This document shows positions 51,685 through 62,192 of a stretch of 64,000 nucleotides of DNA, one piece after another. Under the pieces are notes generated by a model that searched no databases, was not told the origin of the DNA, and was given only the letters and a program-made list of their open reading frames with translations. Each line of letters starts with the position of its first letter. Position 1 is the first letter of the stretch. Position numbers and translations under genes: made by a program. The DNA is from an uncultured Peptococcaceae bacterium (GTDB lineage Bacteria > Bacillota > Dehalobacteriia > UBA4068 > UBA4997), in assembly GCA_965149945.1 (NCBI GenBank), contig CBCTTQ010000007.1, forward strand, positions 1,645 through 65,644, written 5' to 3'.

Positions 51685-52095
51685 TCATTTTGTCGCATAC
51701 GCATATCTCATAATTTCATCGGTGCCGCCGGCTCCGTAAACGTATACCATGGCTTTCAAACGATAGCTGCCACTGCTAACCGGAGAATAGGTATCCACGA
51801 ACGACAAGGAACCTACACCGGTCATACGGCTCCAAGTTTTGATCGGATTGCCGTAGGCGCCGTTAGATTGCTTCTTCTGCAGATATACCGTGGACACAAT
51901 GCTTTCATTGGATTTCTGGGTGTTCACATACAATTTGCACTTCGCGGTAGAACCACTAATCGACAACATTGGCGTCACCTTCGCGTCAGAAGTCCAGCTG
52001 GGCACAATGTCCACCGTCGGCGCCGCCATGGCCACCGTCCCAAAAGCAAAAATCAGGCACAAGGCCAGCGCCAACACCGCGGGTTTCTTTTTCAT
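51685..52095 (-). CDS. small secreted protein (signal peptide plus a beta-rich domain of about 110 aa), unknown function
   Basis: MKKKPAVLALALCLIFAFGTVAMA; the ATG has RBS AAAGGAGGTG. Confidence 0.65.
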   Translation of the reverse strand: MKKKPAVLALALCLIFAFGTVAMAAPTVDIVPSWTSDAKVTPMLSISGSTAKCKLYVNTQKSNESIVSTVYLQKKQSNGAYGNPIKTWSRMTGVGSLSFVDTYSPVSSGSYRLKAMVYVYGAGGTDEIMRYAYATK

Positions 52096-52281
52096 CGGTT
52101 TCACCTCCTTTCTGTTTCATCCGAAGAGGAGTTTTTCCCCCTCTATTTATATAACACAATTGAGACAGCCAAAATCTGACAAAATTCACAAAAATTTTTT
52201 TTATTTTTTTCAAATTTTTTCCATTTCTTTTGCTGTTTCCTGTTCCCCTCTTTTTGCAGGTGTTTTTCCCTTATCCGCACA

Positions 52282-52320
52282 GAAAAAGTGACCGAACCAT
52301 TTCGATTCGGTCACTTTTTC
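52282..52320. terminator. bidirectional terminator after the anti-sigma gene
   Basis: gtgaccgaa...ttcggtcac flanked by an A-run and a T-run. Confidence 0.7.
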
Positions 52321-52338
52321 AAAAGAATCTATTACACA

Positions 52339-53052
52339 TTATTTCCGCAAACAAATTCCATCGGCAATCCGCAGCAATTCTTCCAACGGCAAAATGCCTT
52401 TGATCGCGAAGAAGTACTTGCCGTCCGCACTGGTCCAAATCAAATCGGAAGACCAACCCACATCTATGGGCTTATAGTAAATCGCTTCTTCGCCGGAGAA
52501 CAATTCCACCATACACTTTTCTCGATGTTCATTATCTACGCTATATGAGAAGTTATGACTGGCAAGCGCGATGTCTATCGTTAAAAATTGCCCTTCAGCA
52601 TTTCTAAACTCCCACACATTAATTATTTCTTCTGACCAATCCTCTGAAAGAACAAATGATTGTTCATAGGCTTCCGGAATATACTGAAATTCGACATCTG
52701 GCAATGTGTCATTTGTTTCGTTATAAAACTGATATGTCACATGGTCCGAAAGCCACTCTTCCAGCAAATTGCCGGCAATGGTCCGCGTCTGGGGAATAGC
52801 AAAAAGTGTCCCCGCCAAAATCGCCAGCACCACCACCGCGACCAAGGCATATTGGCGAATTCGCCGAGGAATGCTCCTCCCCTGGCGTTTGGCATATCCC
52901 AAAGGATCCGCCAGCATGCGGTCAAATCTCCGCCGCCATTTCTTACTCGGTTCCGCGTCATCCTCCCGCACATCCCGATAACGCTCTGCCGCCGCCAGCA
53001 ACAACGCGTCATGTAAACGAAGTTCCAATTGCGATTCGTTCATGGACATCAA
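52339..53052 (-). CDS. anti-sigma factor (cytoplasmic N-terminus, single TM, extracytoplasmic DUF4367-like domain)
   Basis: Translationally coupled to the upstream sigma gene through an ATGA overlap; TM at ALVAVVVLAILAGTLFAI. Confidence 0.7.
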   Translation of the reverse strand: MMSMNESQLELRLHDALLLAAAERYRDVREDDAEPSKKWRRRFDRMLADPLGYAKRQGRSIPRRIRQYALVAVVVLAILAGTLFAIPQTRTIAGNLLEEWLSDHVTYQFYNETNDTLPDVEFQYIPEAYEQSFVLSEDWSEEIINVWEFRNAEGQFLTIDIALASHNFSYSVDNEHREKCMVELFSGEEAIYYKPIDVGWSSDLIWTSADGKYFFAIKGILPLEELLRIADGICLRK

Positions 53053-53567
53053 TCCTCTTCTTGCAATTTTTTCATCAGCAGCTTCCGCGCCCTGGACAAA
53101 CGCTGCAAAGCGTTGTCACAAGTAATATCCCGCAACACGGCGATTTCCTTCGCGCGATATCCGTAAAGATAATACAATTCCAAAACATCCCGATATTTTT
53201 CGGGCAAGGCGTTGATGGCAGCCACCAGCTCTGTGGTTTCTTCCCCTTGTTCCGCGGCAATCCCGTCAAACAAATGATTATCTCCCACCGGAAAAGAACG
53301 CCGTTCTTTTTTCAAAATATTCAGCGCGGTATTGCGTGTGACCACCAAAATCCAGCCCCATTGCGCGGATTCATCCAACGCCAAAAATTGAGAAAAATGA
53401 TAAATCACCTGCAAAAACGCATCGTGTACCGCTTCATCCGCCAGCTCGGAAGATCCCAAAATTTCTTTGGCAACGCGGTACATTTTGCCACGATGGCGAT
53501 CGTAAATCCCCTTAAACAGGATTCGATCTCCGGGGGCTTCGACCTGCTCAAAATAAAACGCTAACAT
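53049..53567 (-). CDS. RNA polymerase ECF-type sigma-70 factor
   Basis: Region 2 (DRILFKGIYDRHRGKMYRVAKEIL...AVHDAFLQV) and region 4 (LPEKYRDVLELYYLYGYRAKEIA); start at the internal Met with RBS GAGAGGA. Confidence 0.85.
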   Translation of the reverse strand: MLAFYFEQVEAPGDRILFKGIYDRHRGKMYRVAKEILGSSELADEAVHDAFLQVIYHFSQFLALDESAQWGWILVVTRNTALNILKKERRSFPVGDNHLFDGIAAEQGEETTELVAAINALPEKYRDVLELYYLYGYRAKEIAVLRDITCDNALQRLSRARKLLMKKLQEED

Positions 53568-53785
53568 GCCAATCCTCTCATATCCGCAAAACGCGCGACC
53601 CTCCAAACCGATCGCCTTTAACAAAAAAGCTTTATCCATCGCGTTCATAAGCTATTGCCATTATAGCAAGTTTTTCTATCCTTGCCTAGTCATTTGCAAA
53701 ATTTTATCAATATTAGGAAAAGCCATTTTCTGATTTTACTCCGAGAAAATCTTCTTTTTATGCGTTTTTTTTATAAGATATGCAA

Positions 53786-53821
53786 AACAAAAAGGCCGTG
53801 ATCTTTTTCACGGTCTTTTTA
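53786..53821. terminator. bidirectional terminator after the isochorismatase-family gene
   Basis: ggccgtga...tcacggtc flanked by an A-run and a T-run. Confidence 0.65.
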
Positions 53822-53866
53822 TTAAACCATAAAATACCTGCTAAACGCAAATACTAAACCATCCTG

Positions 53867-54457
53867 TCAATCCAGCGTCTCCAATGTCACCACGCGCGCC
53901 CCCAACAAGCTTTGCATATGATTCATGGCAAAAGCTTTGTTTTCCACCGAATCACTGACAGTCGCGTCATCGGCAATGGTCACCCGATAGCCCCGATTAT
54001 AGGCGTCAATGGCAGTATGCAATACGCAAATATGCGTACACACACCACCCAGCACCACCTCTGTCACGCCGCGGGCGCGCAGCCAAACATCCAACTGTGT
54101 TCCCGCAAAAGCGGAAAATCGTACCTTACGAAAATACACCGTTTCAAAAGGATGGCTTTCATGGATCGCGGTCCATTTCTCTTTCACTTTTCCGTACAAT
54201 TCCGCACCCCAGCAACCCTGTACATTATGACGAGGGAACAATGCCGTTTCCGGATGATAAGGATCACGCGCACCGTCCTTTGTCTCCTCGTGAGAATCGT
54301 TACATACCACCACAAAATTTCCCCGTGCCAAAAACCACTCAAAATAAGCACAGGCAACCGATTCAATGGCCTGCGCCGGCAGACCGCAAGACAGCACACC
54401 GCTATCCGCAATCAAATCATTGCTGAAATCAATTAAAATAAACGCTTTTTTCTCCAT
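53867..54457 (-). CDS. isochorismatase-family cysteine hydrolase
   Basis: 196 aa: FILIDFSNDL...VVLGGVCTHICV. Confidence 0.8.
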   Translation of the reverse strand: MEKKAFILIDFSNDLIADSGVLSCGLPAQAIESVACAYFEWFLARGNFVVVCNDSHEETKDGARDPYHPETALFPRHNVQGCWGAELYGKVKEKWTAIHESHPFETVYFRKVRFSAFAGTQLDVWLRARGVTEVVLGGVCTHICVLHTAIDAYNRGYRVTIADDATVSDSVENKAFAMNHMQSLLGARVVTLETLD

Positions 54458-55339
54458 TGTTTTTCCTCCTTCCCAAAGAATTGTTCAATTATATTTTACA
54501 GAATTCAGTAATAATAAACAATAGGTTGTGTTCATTTTCTTTTTTCTCTACAAAAATATACGGAATACATTATACCATTAGAACACCCGCAAGATTTTCC
54601 CCACAGATCTTTTCGCCACAATTCATCGGTGTCAAAAAATTCAATTTTCATAGATTTAACAAGTTCGATATAGCCCTTTCGTATTCTCCGTAAGGAAACA
54701 TTCCACTATTCCTCTTCAGGTATAGGAAGAGATGATATTTTATAGTTCCTATCATGCAGACTTAGACCGGAACATCATTCCCGGCATTTCTTTCCTATCT
54801 TAAAGCCCTCACTGATTGACTGTTTTGATAGCGTTTTCTTGCTTTCGCAAGCTACATAATATTTGCGTTCCCTATGATCAGGACGCTCCAATTGCACAAG
54901 GATATTCTCTCAATTGCAGACAAGACCATCTAAGGCCGCTTTTCGCTTTTCCACAGCATAGCTATTTTATTTCCTCTATGCGCATACTTCCGATAATCAA
55001 CAGGCAAATACTCTTGTCGATTACTAAAAATTCATTGGCATTGAACTCGTATTTTGAGACGCAACCATTCAATCGAGCAACTGATACCGACTAATGAAAA
55101 CGAATAGGGTTGAGAAAAACAGAGCCCTTTTTATTTTCTTCCTAATACAAAACGAGACACCGAAAAAATTTTTCTCGATTAGCGAATAGAAAGTGTTATT
55201 TGTTTCACGCCGAATACGATATCTAATTCATTTAAAAAGAAGGAAATATTTATAATCAAAAATTCCGAAAAAAATCTAGAATTTTTTAACTCCGTATCTG
55301 TATGGTAGCCAGCCAAGCTTTTCCGACAATACACCAAAC

Positions 55340-55386
55340 AAAAAATGCAAAAAAAGACCGAACATCGTAAAAAGATGTTCGGTCTT
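55340..55386 (-). terminator. terminator of the tRNA-Met/tRNA-Glu operon
   Basis: agaccgaacatc...gatgttcggtct hairpin with a T-run on the minus strand. Confidence 0.75.
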
Positions 55387-55392
55387 AGCAGT

Positions 55393-55469
55393 TGGTGACG
55401 CGTAGGGGATTCGAACCCCTGAATGCCAGCGTGAAAGGCTGGTGAGTTCAGCCGCTTCTCCAACGCGCC
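55393..55469 (-). tRNA. trnE: tRNA-Glu (anticodon UUC)
   Basis: Hand-folded: acceptor GGCGCGT/ACGCGTC, anticodon stem CCAGC/GCUGG with loop CUUUCAC, T-arm AGGGG-TTCGAAT-CCCCT, CCA encoded. Confidence 0.85.
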
Positions 55470-55472
55470 ATA

Positions 55473-55549
55473 TGGTAGCGGTGACTGGACTTGAACCAGT
55501 GACACCCCGGGTATGAACCGAGTGCTCTAACCAACTGGGCTACACCGCC
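55473..55549 (-). tRNA. tRNA-Met (anticodon CAU; elongator Met or lysidine-modified Ile2 cannot be distinguished)
   Basis: GGCGGTGTAGCCCAGTTGGTTAGAGCACTCGGTTCATACCCGGG...CACCGCTACCA; G1-C72 is paired, so it is not an initiator. Confidence 0.85.
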
Positions 55550-55628
55550 ATGAACAGACTGCCTTATTATAATACCTTATTTAATCCCAAAAGTCAAGTG
55601 ATTTTCTACATTTTCTCGTATTTTTTTC

Positions 55629-56069
55629 CTACTTCCCCAGCATCAGACGTCCTCCTGCCACCAACAGCACCAAACCGAGGATTTGCAACCAAGAAAAGCT
55701 GACTCTTTCCATACCGAAAAGCCCCAGCCAATCGATTATCATCGCTGTCCCCAGCTGCCCCGCGATGATGGCGGTTGTCGCCACCGATGCCCCCAATTTT
55801 GGAATGGAAGCCATCACCCCGTAGATAATCCCCACATTAATAATTCCTCCCAAATATCCATACCAAGGGACTTCTCTCCATTTACTAAAATCACCGTCCC
55901 CCACGCCGATTACCAACACCAAAACAAAAATCACAAAGGTAGCAATAGCATGTACAACAAAATTCCCCTCCCAGGGACCGATTACTTTTCCCATCAAACC
56001 GTTCAACGTACCTTGTACCGCCATAAGCAAACCAGCCACAAAAGGCAAGCTCAACATCAACCAATTCAT
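55629..56069 (-). CDS. DMT-superfamily transporter (YdcZ/DUF606-like)
   Basis: 146 aa with 4-5 TM helices. Confidence 0.65.
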   Translation of the reverse strand: MNWLMLSLPFVAGLLMAVQGTLNGLMGKVIGPWEGNFVVHAIATFVIFVLVLVIGVGDGDFSKWREVPWYGYLGGIINVGIIYGVMASIPKLGASVATTAIIAGQLGTAMIIDWLGLFGMERVSFSWLQILGLVLLVAGGRLMLGK

Positions 56070-56117
56070 AAAAAAACACCTCCTGATAGGAAGTGTTTCC
56101 TTTTTTATAAATTTTTT

Positions 56118-57290
56118 TCAGTCTTTTTTTTCCAAAAATCCACTACGCGAAGGCAAAGCAAGGATTTTTTCATAAAAGGCCAGTGTGGCTTCAGCAGTTT
56201 TTTGCCAATCAAAACGAGCGCTCCACGCAAGCCCTTTCTGTCCCATCTGTCGCAACAGTTTCGGATCATTCAGCGTCTCCACCAAAACTCTTGTCATCGA
56301 ATCGGTATCCATGGCGTCAAAATAGCAAGCCGCATCACCGCCTGTTTCTCGGAGAGAAGAATTATCCGCCACCAATACAGGGCAACCACAAGCCATCGCC
56401 TCTAAAACAGGCAAACCGAATCCTTCATAAAAAGAAGGATATACCAAGGCGGATGCACCGCCATAAAAGTACGGCAACAAATTCCCAGGTACAAACCCCG
56501 GAAACACCACCCGTTCACCAATTCCCAAGGATGTTGCCAATTCTGTCAAAGCAGCGGTTTCTCTTCCGCAACGTCCGGGACAAACCAGCAGATACGGCGT
56601 GTGCCATTCTGATTGTGCCCGAGCAAAAGCCGTCAACAAACCGGACAAATTTTTCCGACGGCTAAAACCACCCACATACAGCAAATAGGCTCCGTCAATG
56701 CCGTATTGACGCCGTAACACCCCTTTGCAAGTTTCAGAAGCAGTCAACGCGTAAATCGGCTCTGCCGCCTCATAAATAACGGCAATTCGATCTTCCGGGT
56801 ATTTAAAAAACCGCAGAATATCCCTTTTGGTATGGTTGGAGACCGCAATAATTCCGTCGCTTTTGCCTATAATGGCAGGCATATCATGCAGAAATTCTTT
56901 GCGATAACCCCGCCCCACCGATTCAGGATACACATAAGGAATCAAATCGTGAATAGTCACAATGGTGCGACAAGGCGCCGCCAAAGGCAGGCCAATGCCG
57001 TTTTGCGGCACATGATAGAGAACTGCTTGTTGTTCTTTCAGCCAACAAGGCAAAAATTCTTCTTCGCAATAACGGGGATTCTCCTGAATACGGGTACATC
57101 TCGCGCTATCCGTAAAATCCAAGTCCTCGTATTCCTGCCCCGGCAGAAAAAAAGAGATTTCCTCACCGACCAACTTCCGCAAATGTACTGCCAATTGATA
57201 GGTATAGGTGCCGATGCCCGTGCCGCGATAATGAATGGCGCCCCTGGCATCCAAGGCAATTCTGCCCCCCTTTATTCCGTTTTTTGCCAT
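56118..57290 (-). CDS. glycosyltransferase family 4 (GT-B)
   Basis: 390 aa with the C-terminal EGFGLPVLEAMACGCPV motif. Confidence 0.85.
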   Translation of the reverse strand: MAKNGIKGGRIALDARGAIHYRGTGIGTYTYQLAVHLRKLVGEEISFFLPGQEYEDLDFTDSARCTRIQENPRYCEEEFLPCWLKEQQAVLYHVPQNGIGLPLAAPCRTIVTIHDLIPYVYPESVGRGYRKEFLHDMPAIIGKSDGIIAVSNHTKRDILRFFKYPEDRIAVIYEAAEPIYALTASETCKGVLRRQYGIDGAYLLYVGGFSRRKNLSGLLTAFARAQSEWHTPYLLVCPGRCGRETAALTELATSLGIGERVVFPGFVPGNLLPYFYGGASALVYPSFYEGFGLPVLEAMACGCPVLVADNSSLRETGGDAACYFDAMDTDSMTRVLVETLNDPKLLRQMGQKGLAWSARFDWQKTAEATLAFYEKILALPSRSGFLEKKD

Positions 57291-58747
57291 CTGCGATCCC
57301 CTCCGTCAGCAACCTGTTCATAGCGCACAGTGAAATATAGTTCCTCTTGCAACACCTGCCTTTCCGTCATCGCAAGATGGACAACCAACCCCGAGGGACT
57401 AACCAAACAATCATCCCCTAAAATCGATATCGGTTGTTCTGCCGAAACAGCCGCCGCTTCCATTGCCATCATCTCCGAATCCGCCCTTTCGGCATCTTCG
57501 TCTGCCGCCAAACGTTGTGAAAACTCCGCCGAAACCTGTTCCAAATCAGGATGGCGCCGTTCTTCCTCTTTCGGCGGCAAAGCGGTTTCTTGGGCCGCAG
57601 ACAAGACATCCGTATTTTCAAAGGTTCCTTGCTCCGCTTCTTCCGCCGATAGGGATTCTCTCACATTACTCGCAGCCAAAACATCCTGCAATTCCGCTGC
57701 CGACGATCGGTCTTTTTCGGAAAGCTCCGCTGCCGTCGAGACAAAATCGCCTTCTCTTGCTTCTACTTTTTCCGATTGTAAATTTTTGCAAATTTCTTTT
57801 CCTGATTGTTCATGCGAAATGGATGAACCGGCCGCGACGGGAATCGGCTCATCCGGTTGAGGATCCAACAAAGGGCGATGTTCCTTTTCAGCTATTCGGT
57901 TCCGCTTTTGCAATTTCAACAAGGCATGGCTTTTTAATGTTCCCAAATCAGTCACAGGAGATTCTGTTTCTTCCGCTTCTGCCTTTGTCTCGGTATCCGC
58001 GCGCGCCTTCTCAGAAGTTGTTACAGAGTCGGCTTTTGCTGATCGAGCATCGGAATTAAAAGATTCTCCCCCTATTCCAACAGAAGAATCTTTTTCTTCG
58101 GCCTTACGCGCTGATTTCTCTGTTTCGCTTTGAGAAACCGCTTCGGCAACAGCATAACGCGCATCCTCTGCCTGCGGAGAAACAGACAATTCTTCCTTCT
58201 CCAATGACGGTGAAGAAGGTATTGAAACAACAGATTCTGTCGATCCATATTCAGCTAAAACACGCTGTACCTCAGAACTTGGCTGATACGAGGAAGAAGA
58301 TGGCGACTCAGATTTTTCTTTTGAAAAAGACATCGATTCAGCAACATTCGATTCGGCGATCGTGACAGGCGAAATCTCCTCACAATCCGAAATGATAATT
58401 TTGCCACTGAATTCCAACACATAGGGTGACAAAACTTCTAATTCCTCAGCTTGTAATTCCGGCCGCACCCATTTTTTCTCTGTTTGTCGCCAATCGTTCG
58501 ACAGTTCCAGCTTCAGAGGCAATGTAACTCTGGTTTTATATAATTTTTGACCTTCCAGCCCCCAATAGTCCAAATGCAAGGTATAACGGCCGCTCAGCCA
58601 AATCTGTCCGCCATGGCACAGCAAATCGTCAAAGAAAAGCTTTGACGAAAATCCTTCAATTTTTCGCACCCCCATGGCGTCTTTTGCTAAAAACACCGTT
58701 TGTTTCAAGGGAAGCGCAACTTTTTGTCGATCATGTCCAGTGGTCAT
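57272..58747 (-). CDS. hypothetical protein with a structured N-terminal domain and a long acidic Ser/Glu/Ala-rich low-complexity region
   Basis: 491 aa; residues ~130-430 are low complexity; 19-nt overlap with the downstream GT4 gene. Confidence 0.5.
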   Translation of the reverse strand: MTTGHDRQKVALPLKQTVFLAKDAMGVRKIEGFSSKLFFDDLLCHGGQIWLSGRYTLHLDYWGLEGQKLYKTRVTLPLKLELSNDWRQTEKKWVRPELQAEELEVLSPYVLEFSGKIIISDCEEISPVTIAESNVAESMSFSKEKSESPSSSSYQPSSEVQRVLAEYGSTESVVSIPSSPSLEKEELSVSPQAEDARYAVAEAVSQSETEKSARKAEEKDSSVGIGGESFNSDARSAKADSVTTSEKARADTETKAEAEETESPVTDLGTLKSHALLKLQKRNRIAEKEHRPLLDPQPDEPIPVAAGSSISHEQSGKEICKNLQSEKVEAREGDFVSTAAELSEKDRSSAAELQDVLAASNVRESLSAEEAEQGTFENTDVLSAAQETALPPKEEERRHPDLEQVSAEFSQRLAADEDAERADSEMMAMEAAAVSAEQPISILGDDCLVSPSGLVVHLAMTERQVLQEELYFTVRYEQVADGGDRRWQKTE

Positions 58748-58814
58748 ATCGGTACCTCCGCAATCCTTTACTGCTACAGTCTATGACCCAATGACAAAAA
58801 ATATGCCCTCTCCG

Positions 58815-59855
58815 TTATTTTTCTGATTCATCTACCATTTGCCAAATTTCCGAAAAGACTTTCCGGCAAACTTCATCCACCTCTTCAAAATTCATCGCCT
58901 TCACATAATATTCTTCCAGCTCATTATGGAGCCGTTTCGCCGCGGCAATACTGCCAACAGCCTCCTCCAAAAAATCCTCTTCCGGCAACACAGTTTCCTC
59001 CAAAGGCGCCAGCTCTACCAAAACATCCCCCGTGAAAGGTTCCAGCTCCGGTACTGAAGCATCCACCGCAGCAAAACCGATCTGCGGCAATACCACCATT
59101 TCATAACATTCCGGCGCCAAAGTACTATGATAAATATCAATATCATGACCACGCAAAACAGCGGCTTCTTCAATGCGTCGCAAAAAAGAATCAATATCAT
59201 AGCGATTCCCGCCGCGCAGTAAAAAACGCTTCTTCATACCGGCACAAAGAGACTGACGATATCCCACCCAGCCCCGCGGTGTAATAGCGGCAGCAAAAAA
59301 ATGAGAAACTTTTGCCAAATCCTCATGAAAAATTTCTCCGATCACATCGTTTGCCAAAGCCGTAACCCGTTTTTCTCCAACGGAATGGGTTTCCGCGTAA
59401 TCATCATAAGCATTGCGATAAGCAGCCAATTTTTCGTAAGCGTCTTGAAAATAGCAGGAAATTTCTTCCGTCAGACGAATAATTTCCTGTTTGTTTTCCC
59501 GTAACAAATCGCGGTTCCAATGATCACCCAAATTAATAATCTCATCCACTGCGCCTGGATAAACCGGATCGACCAAATGAGGTGAAGTCCCATCCACCAC
59601 CGCAATTTTTAAAGAAGGCACCACTACTCCATCCAAGGAATCATTGTCAGAAGAACACTGCCAAACTTCTACATCATAACCGCGTTCCGTCAGATTAAAG
59701 GCGATTTTTTTCATTAATGTACTTTTCCCTGTACCAGGACCCCCCTTCAATACAAAAATTCGTTCCATTCCTCTCAGACCATCAGCATAAAAAGAATAAA
59801 ACCCCGAAGGCGTATTGCTGCCCGGATATTTATGAATCATGCTTCCCTTTCTCAT
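58815..59855 (-). CDS. uncharacterized P-loop NTPase
   Basis: Walker A GGPGTGKST near the N-terminus, Walker B-like VVDGTSPH, GAGGTG RBS. Confidence 0.6.
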   Translation of the reverse strand: MRKGSMIHKYPGSNTPSGFYSFYADGLRGMERIFVLKGGPGTGKSTLMKKIAFNLTERGYDVEVWQCSSDNDSLDGVVVPSLKIAVVDGTSPHLVDPVYPGAVDEIINLGDHWNRDLLRENKQEIIRLTEEISCYFQDAYEKLAAYRNAYDDYAETHSVGEKRVTALANDVIGEIFHEDLAKVSHFFAAAITPRGWVGYRQSLCAGMKKRFLLRGGNRYDIDSFLRRIEEAAVLRGHDIDIYHSTLAPECYEMVVLPQIGFAAVDASVPELEPFTGDVLVELAPLEETVLPEEDFLEEAVGSIAAAKRLHNELEEYYVKAMNFEEVDEVCRKVFSEIWQMVDESEK

Positions 59856-59984
59856 TTCAACACCTCAATCCATCTTTTTACTGCTATCCTATTCTTCAAA
59901 AGACCGGACGGTGCTTTTCCCAAACCGAAGATAAAAAAAAACAACGATAACTTTTGGTTATCGCTGTTTTTTATCTTCGTCTGA

Positions 59985-62066
59985 TTACCTTTCAGAATCT
60001 TCCTTATCAGGATTTTCTTTTTCAGTATTTGTCTCGGTGGAATTTTCCGCTTTTTCCTCCTCAATCTCTTTATCCTGTTCAATATCTTTGCCGTTCAAGG
60101 CGTAGAATCCACTTTCTATACGCCTTTCTTCTTCGGGACTGAGAGAAGAACTGTTTTTCTCCGTAGATTCGGATGACGCGGCGACTTCCGAAACATCTTC
60201 CTGCTCCGCAGCGCCGGCTTGTTCCGCCAAACGCTGATATTTGGTCACCCCATCCATGATTTCATAAAATTCAGGGGCTTCAATGGTTTCCTTATTTACC
60301 AACACTTCTGCCACGGCATGCAACTTATCAATATGCTCAGTCAAAATATCGGTCGCACGCTGGTAAGCTTCTTCCATCAATTTTTTTGCTTCTTTGTCGA
60401 TCGCATATGCGAATTCATCGCTGTAGTTTCTTTCATGACCCAAATCCCGACCTAAAAAAACCTGCCCGGAATCTTTCCCATATGTCAAGGGGCCTAATTC
60501 TTTCGTCATGCCGTATTTAGTGATCATCTGCCGAATCATGCCGGTAGCCCTTTCCAAGTCATTAGAGGCTCCGGTGCTGATATCGCCCAGCACAATTTCT
60601 TCCGCTACACGACCGCCCAAATACATTACAGCCTGATCCAGCATTTTGCTCTTGGTAATATAATTGCTGTCTTCTTCCGGTAACAACAGTGTATAACCAC
60701 CCGCCATGCCTCGGGGAATAATGCTCACCTTGTGCAAAGGATCGGAAGTAGGCAGATAATAGCTGACCACCGCATGCCCCGCTTCATGATAAGAAACCAA
60801 TTTCTTTTCTTTGTTATTAATTACACGAGATTTCTTTTCAGGACCGGCGATTACGCGTTCCACAGCGTTTTCGCAATCGTCCATTTCAATTTGTTTTTTG
60901 TTTTGACGCGCCGCCAACAAAGCCGCTTCATTCAACATATTGGCCAGATCCGCTCCCGTGAAACCGGGCGTCCGTTTGGCAAGAATTCGTAAATCAACAT
61001 CTTCCGCCAAAGGTTTGTTACGAGAATGCACACGCAAAATGGCTTCTCGACCTTTCACATCCGGCGGAGAAACACTGATCTGGCGATCAAAACGACCGGG
61101 ACGAAGCAAAGCGGGATCCAAAATATCCGGACGGTTGGTACCGGCCATCACAATAATCCCCTCATTAGCGTCAAATCCATCCATCTCTACCAACAACTGA
61201 TTCAGCGTTTGTTCTCGTTCATCATGACCGCCACCGACACCGGCGCCTCTTTGGCGACCAACCGCATCGATTTCATCAATAAAAATGATACAAGGAGCAT
61301 GTTTTTTCGCATTGTCGAATAAATCTCGCACACGAGACGCTCCCACGCCGACAAACATTTCCACAAAGTCTGAACCGCTGATAGTGAAAAAAGGTGTTCC
61401 GGCTTCACCGGCGACTGCCTTCGCCAACAATGTTTTCCCTGTTCCGGGCGGACCGAAAAGAAGCACACCCTTGGGGATCTTCGCGCCCAGCGCCGTATAT
61501 TTTCTGGGAGATTTCAAAAAATCCACAACTTCTGCCAATTCTTCTTTGACTTCATCCACCCCTGCCACATCACGGAAGGTCACCTTATTGTTAGAATCCG
61601 TCTGCATTTTGGCGCGGCTCTTGCCAAACTGCATCACATTACCGCCGCCCTGGCTCTTATTCATCATGTAGACCATCAGCCCAATCAACAGTAAAATGGG
61701 CAAAAAGGAAATAAGAATCGATAACCACTGACCGGATGTTTTAGCCGTCAAGAAGGTAACTTCCGCCCCATTTTCCTGCATCTGCGCGGCAATAGTCGTA
61801 TCTGAGGGACCAACAACAGCGTATTCTTCTCCGTTGTTTAATTTCACTTCATAATAATAATTGGTATCATTTTCATTAGGTTGGATAGTGACAGATTCAA
61901 TATCACCCGCTTCCATACTGGCGATCATATCTCCGTATTCATAAGCGGCAGTCTGTGTAGCGGTTCGATCATTATCCGAAGTAAACACATACACACATAC
62001 TGCAATCAGAACAATCAAGACATAAATGGTGATATTTTTGATGGTTCTCTTCAACGATTTTTTCAC
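59985..62066 (-). CDS. ftsH: ATP-dependent zinc metalloprotease FtsH
   Basis: AAA (GPPGTGKT), HEAGH zinc motif, N-terminal TMs. Confidence 0.97.
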   Translation of the reverse strand: MKKSLKRTIKNITIYVLIVLIAVCVYVFTSDNDRTATQTAAYEYGDMIASMEAGDIESVTIQPNENDTNYYYEVKLNNGEEYAVVGPSDTTIAAQMQENGAEVTFLTAKTSGQWLSILISFLPILLLIGLMVYMMNKSQGGGNVMQFGKSRAKMQTDSNNKVTFRDVAGVDEVKEELAEVVDFLKSPRKYTALGAKIPKGVLLFGPPGTGKTLLAKAVAGEAGTPFFTISGSDFVEMFVGVGASRVRDLFDNAKKHAPCIIFIDEIDAVGRQRGAGVGGGHDEREQTLNQLLVEMDGFDANEGIIVMAGTNRPDILDPALLRPGRFDRQISVSPPDVKGREAILRVHSRNKPLAEDVDLRILAKRTPGFTGADLANMLNEAALLAARQNKKQIEMDDCENAVERVIAGPEKKSRVINNKEKKLVSYHEAGHAVVSYYLPTSDPLHKVSIIPRGMAGGYTLLLPEEDSNYITKSKMLDQAVMYLGGRVAEEIVLGDISTGASNDLERATGMIRQMITKYGMTKELGPLTYGKDSGQVFLGRDLGHERNYSDEFAYAIDKEAKKLMEEAYQRATDILTEHIDKLHAVAEVLVNKETIEAPEFYEIMDGVTKYQRLAEQAGAAEQEDVSEVAASSESTEKNSSSLSPEEERRIESGFYALNGKDIEQDKEIEEEKAENSTETNTEKENPDKEDSER

Positions 62067-62192
62067 TCCTTACCAAAAGTTCTCTCTATGTGAAACGTAT
62101 GATTATCATATACAGACTATAAAATTAATTATACAACATTATTTACTTTTTTTCAATAAATTCCAAAAGTTTTGAGAAAATCACCTTGTTTT

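Noticed and set aside
55179-55505. 108-aa minus-strand ORF overlapping the tRNA-Glu/tRNA-Met genes
   Set aside because: It is translated straight through both tRNA genes with a GTG start; an artefact.
62067-62192. Expected hprT between tilS and ftsH
   Set aside because: Only a 126-bp gap; hprT is simply absent from this position, which is a synteny difference from Bacillus and not a feature.
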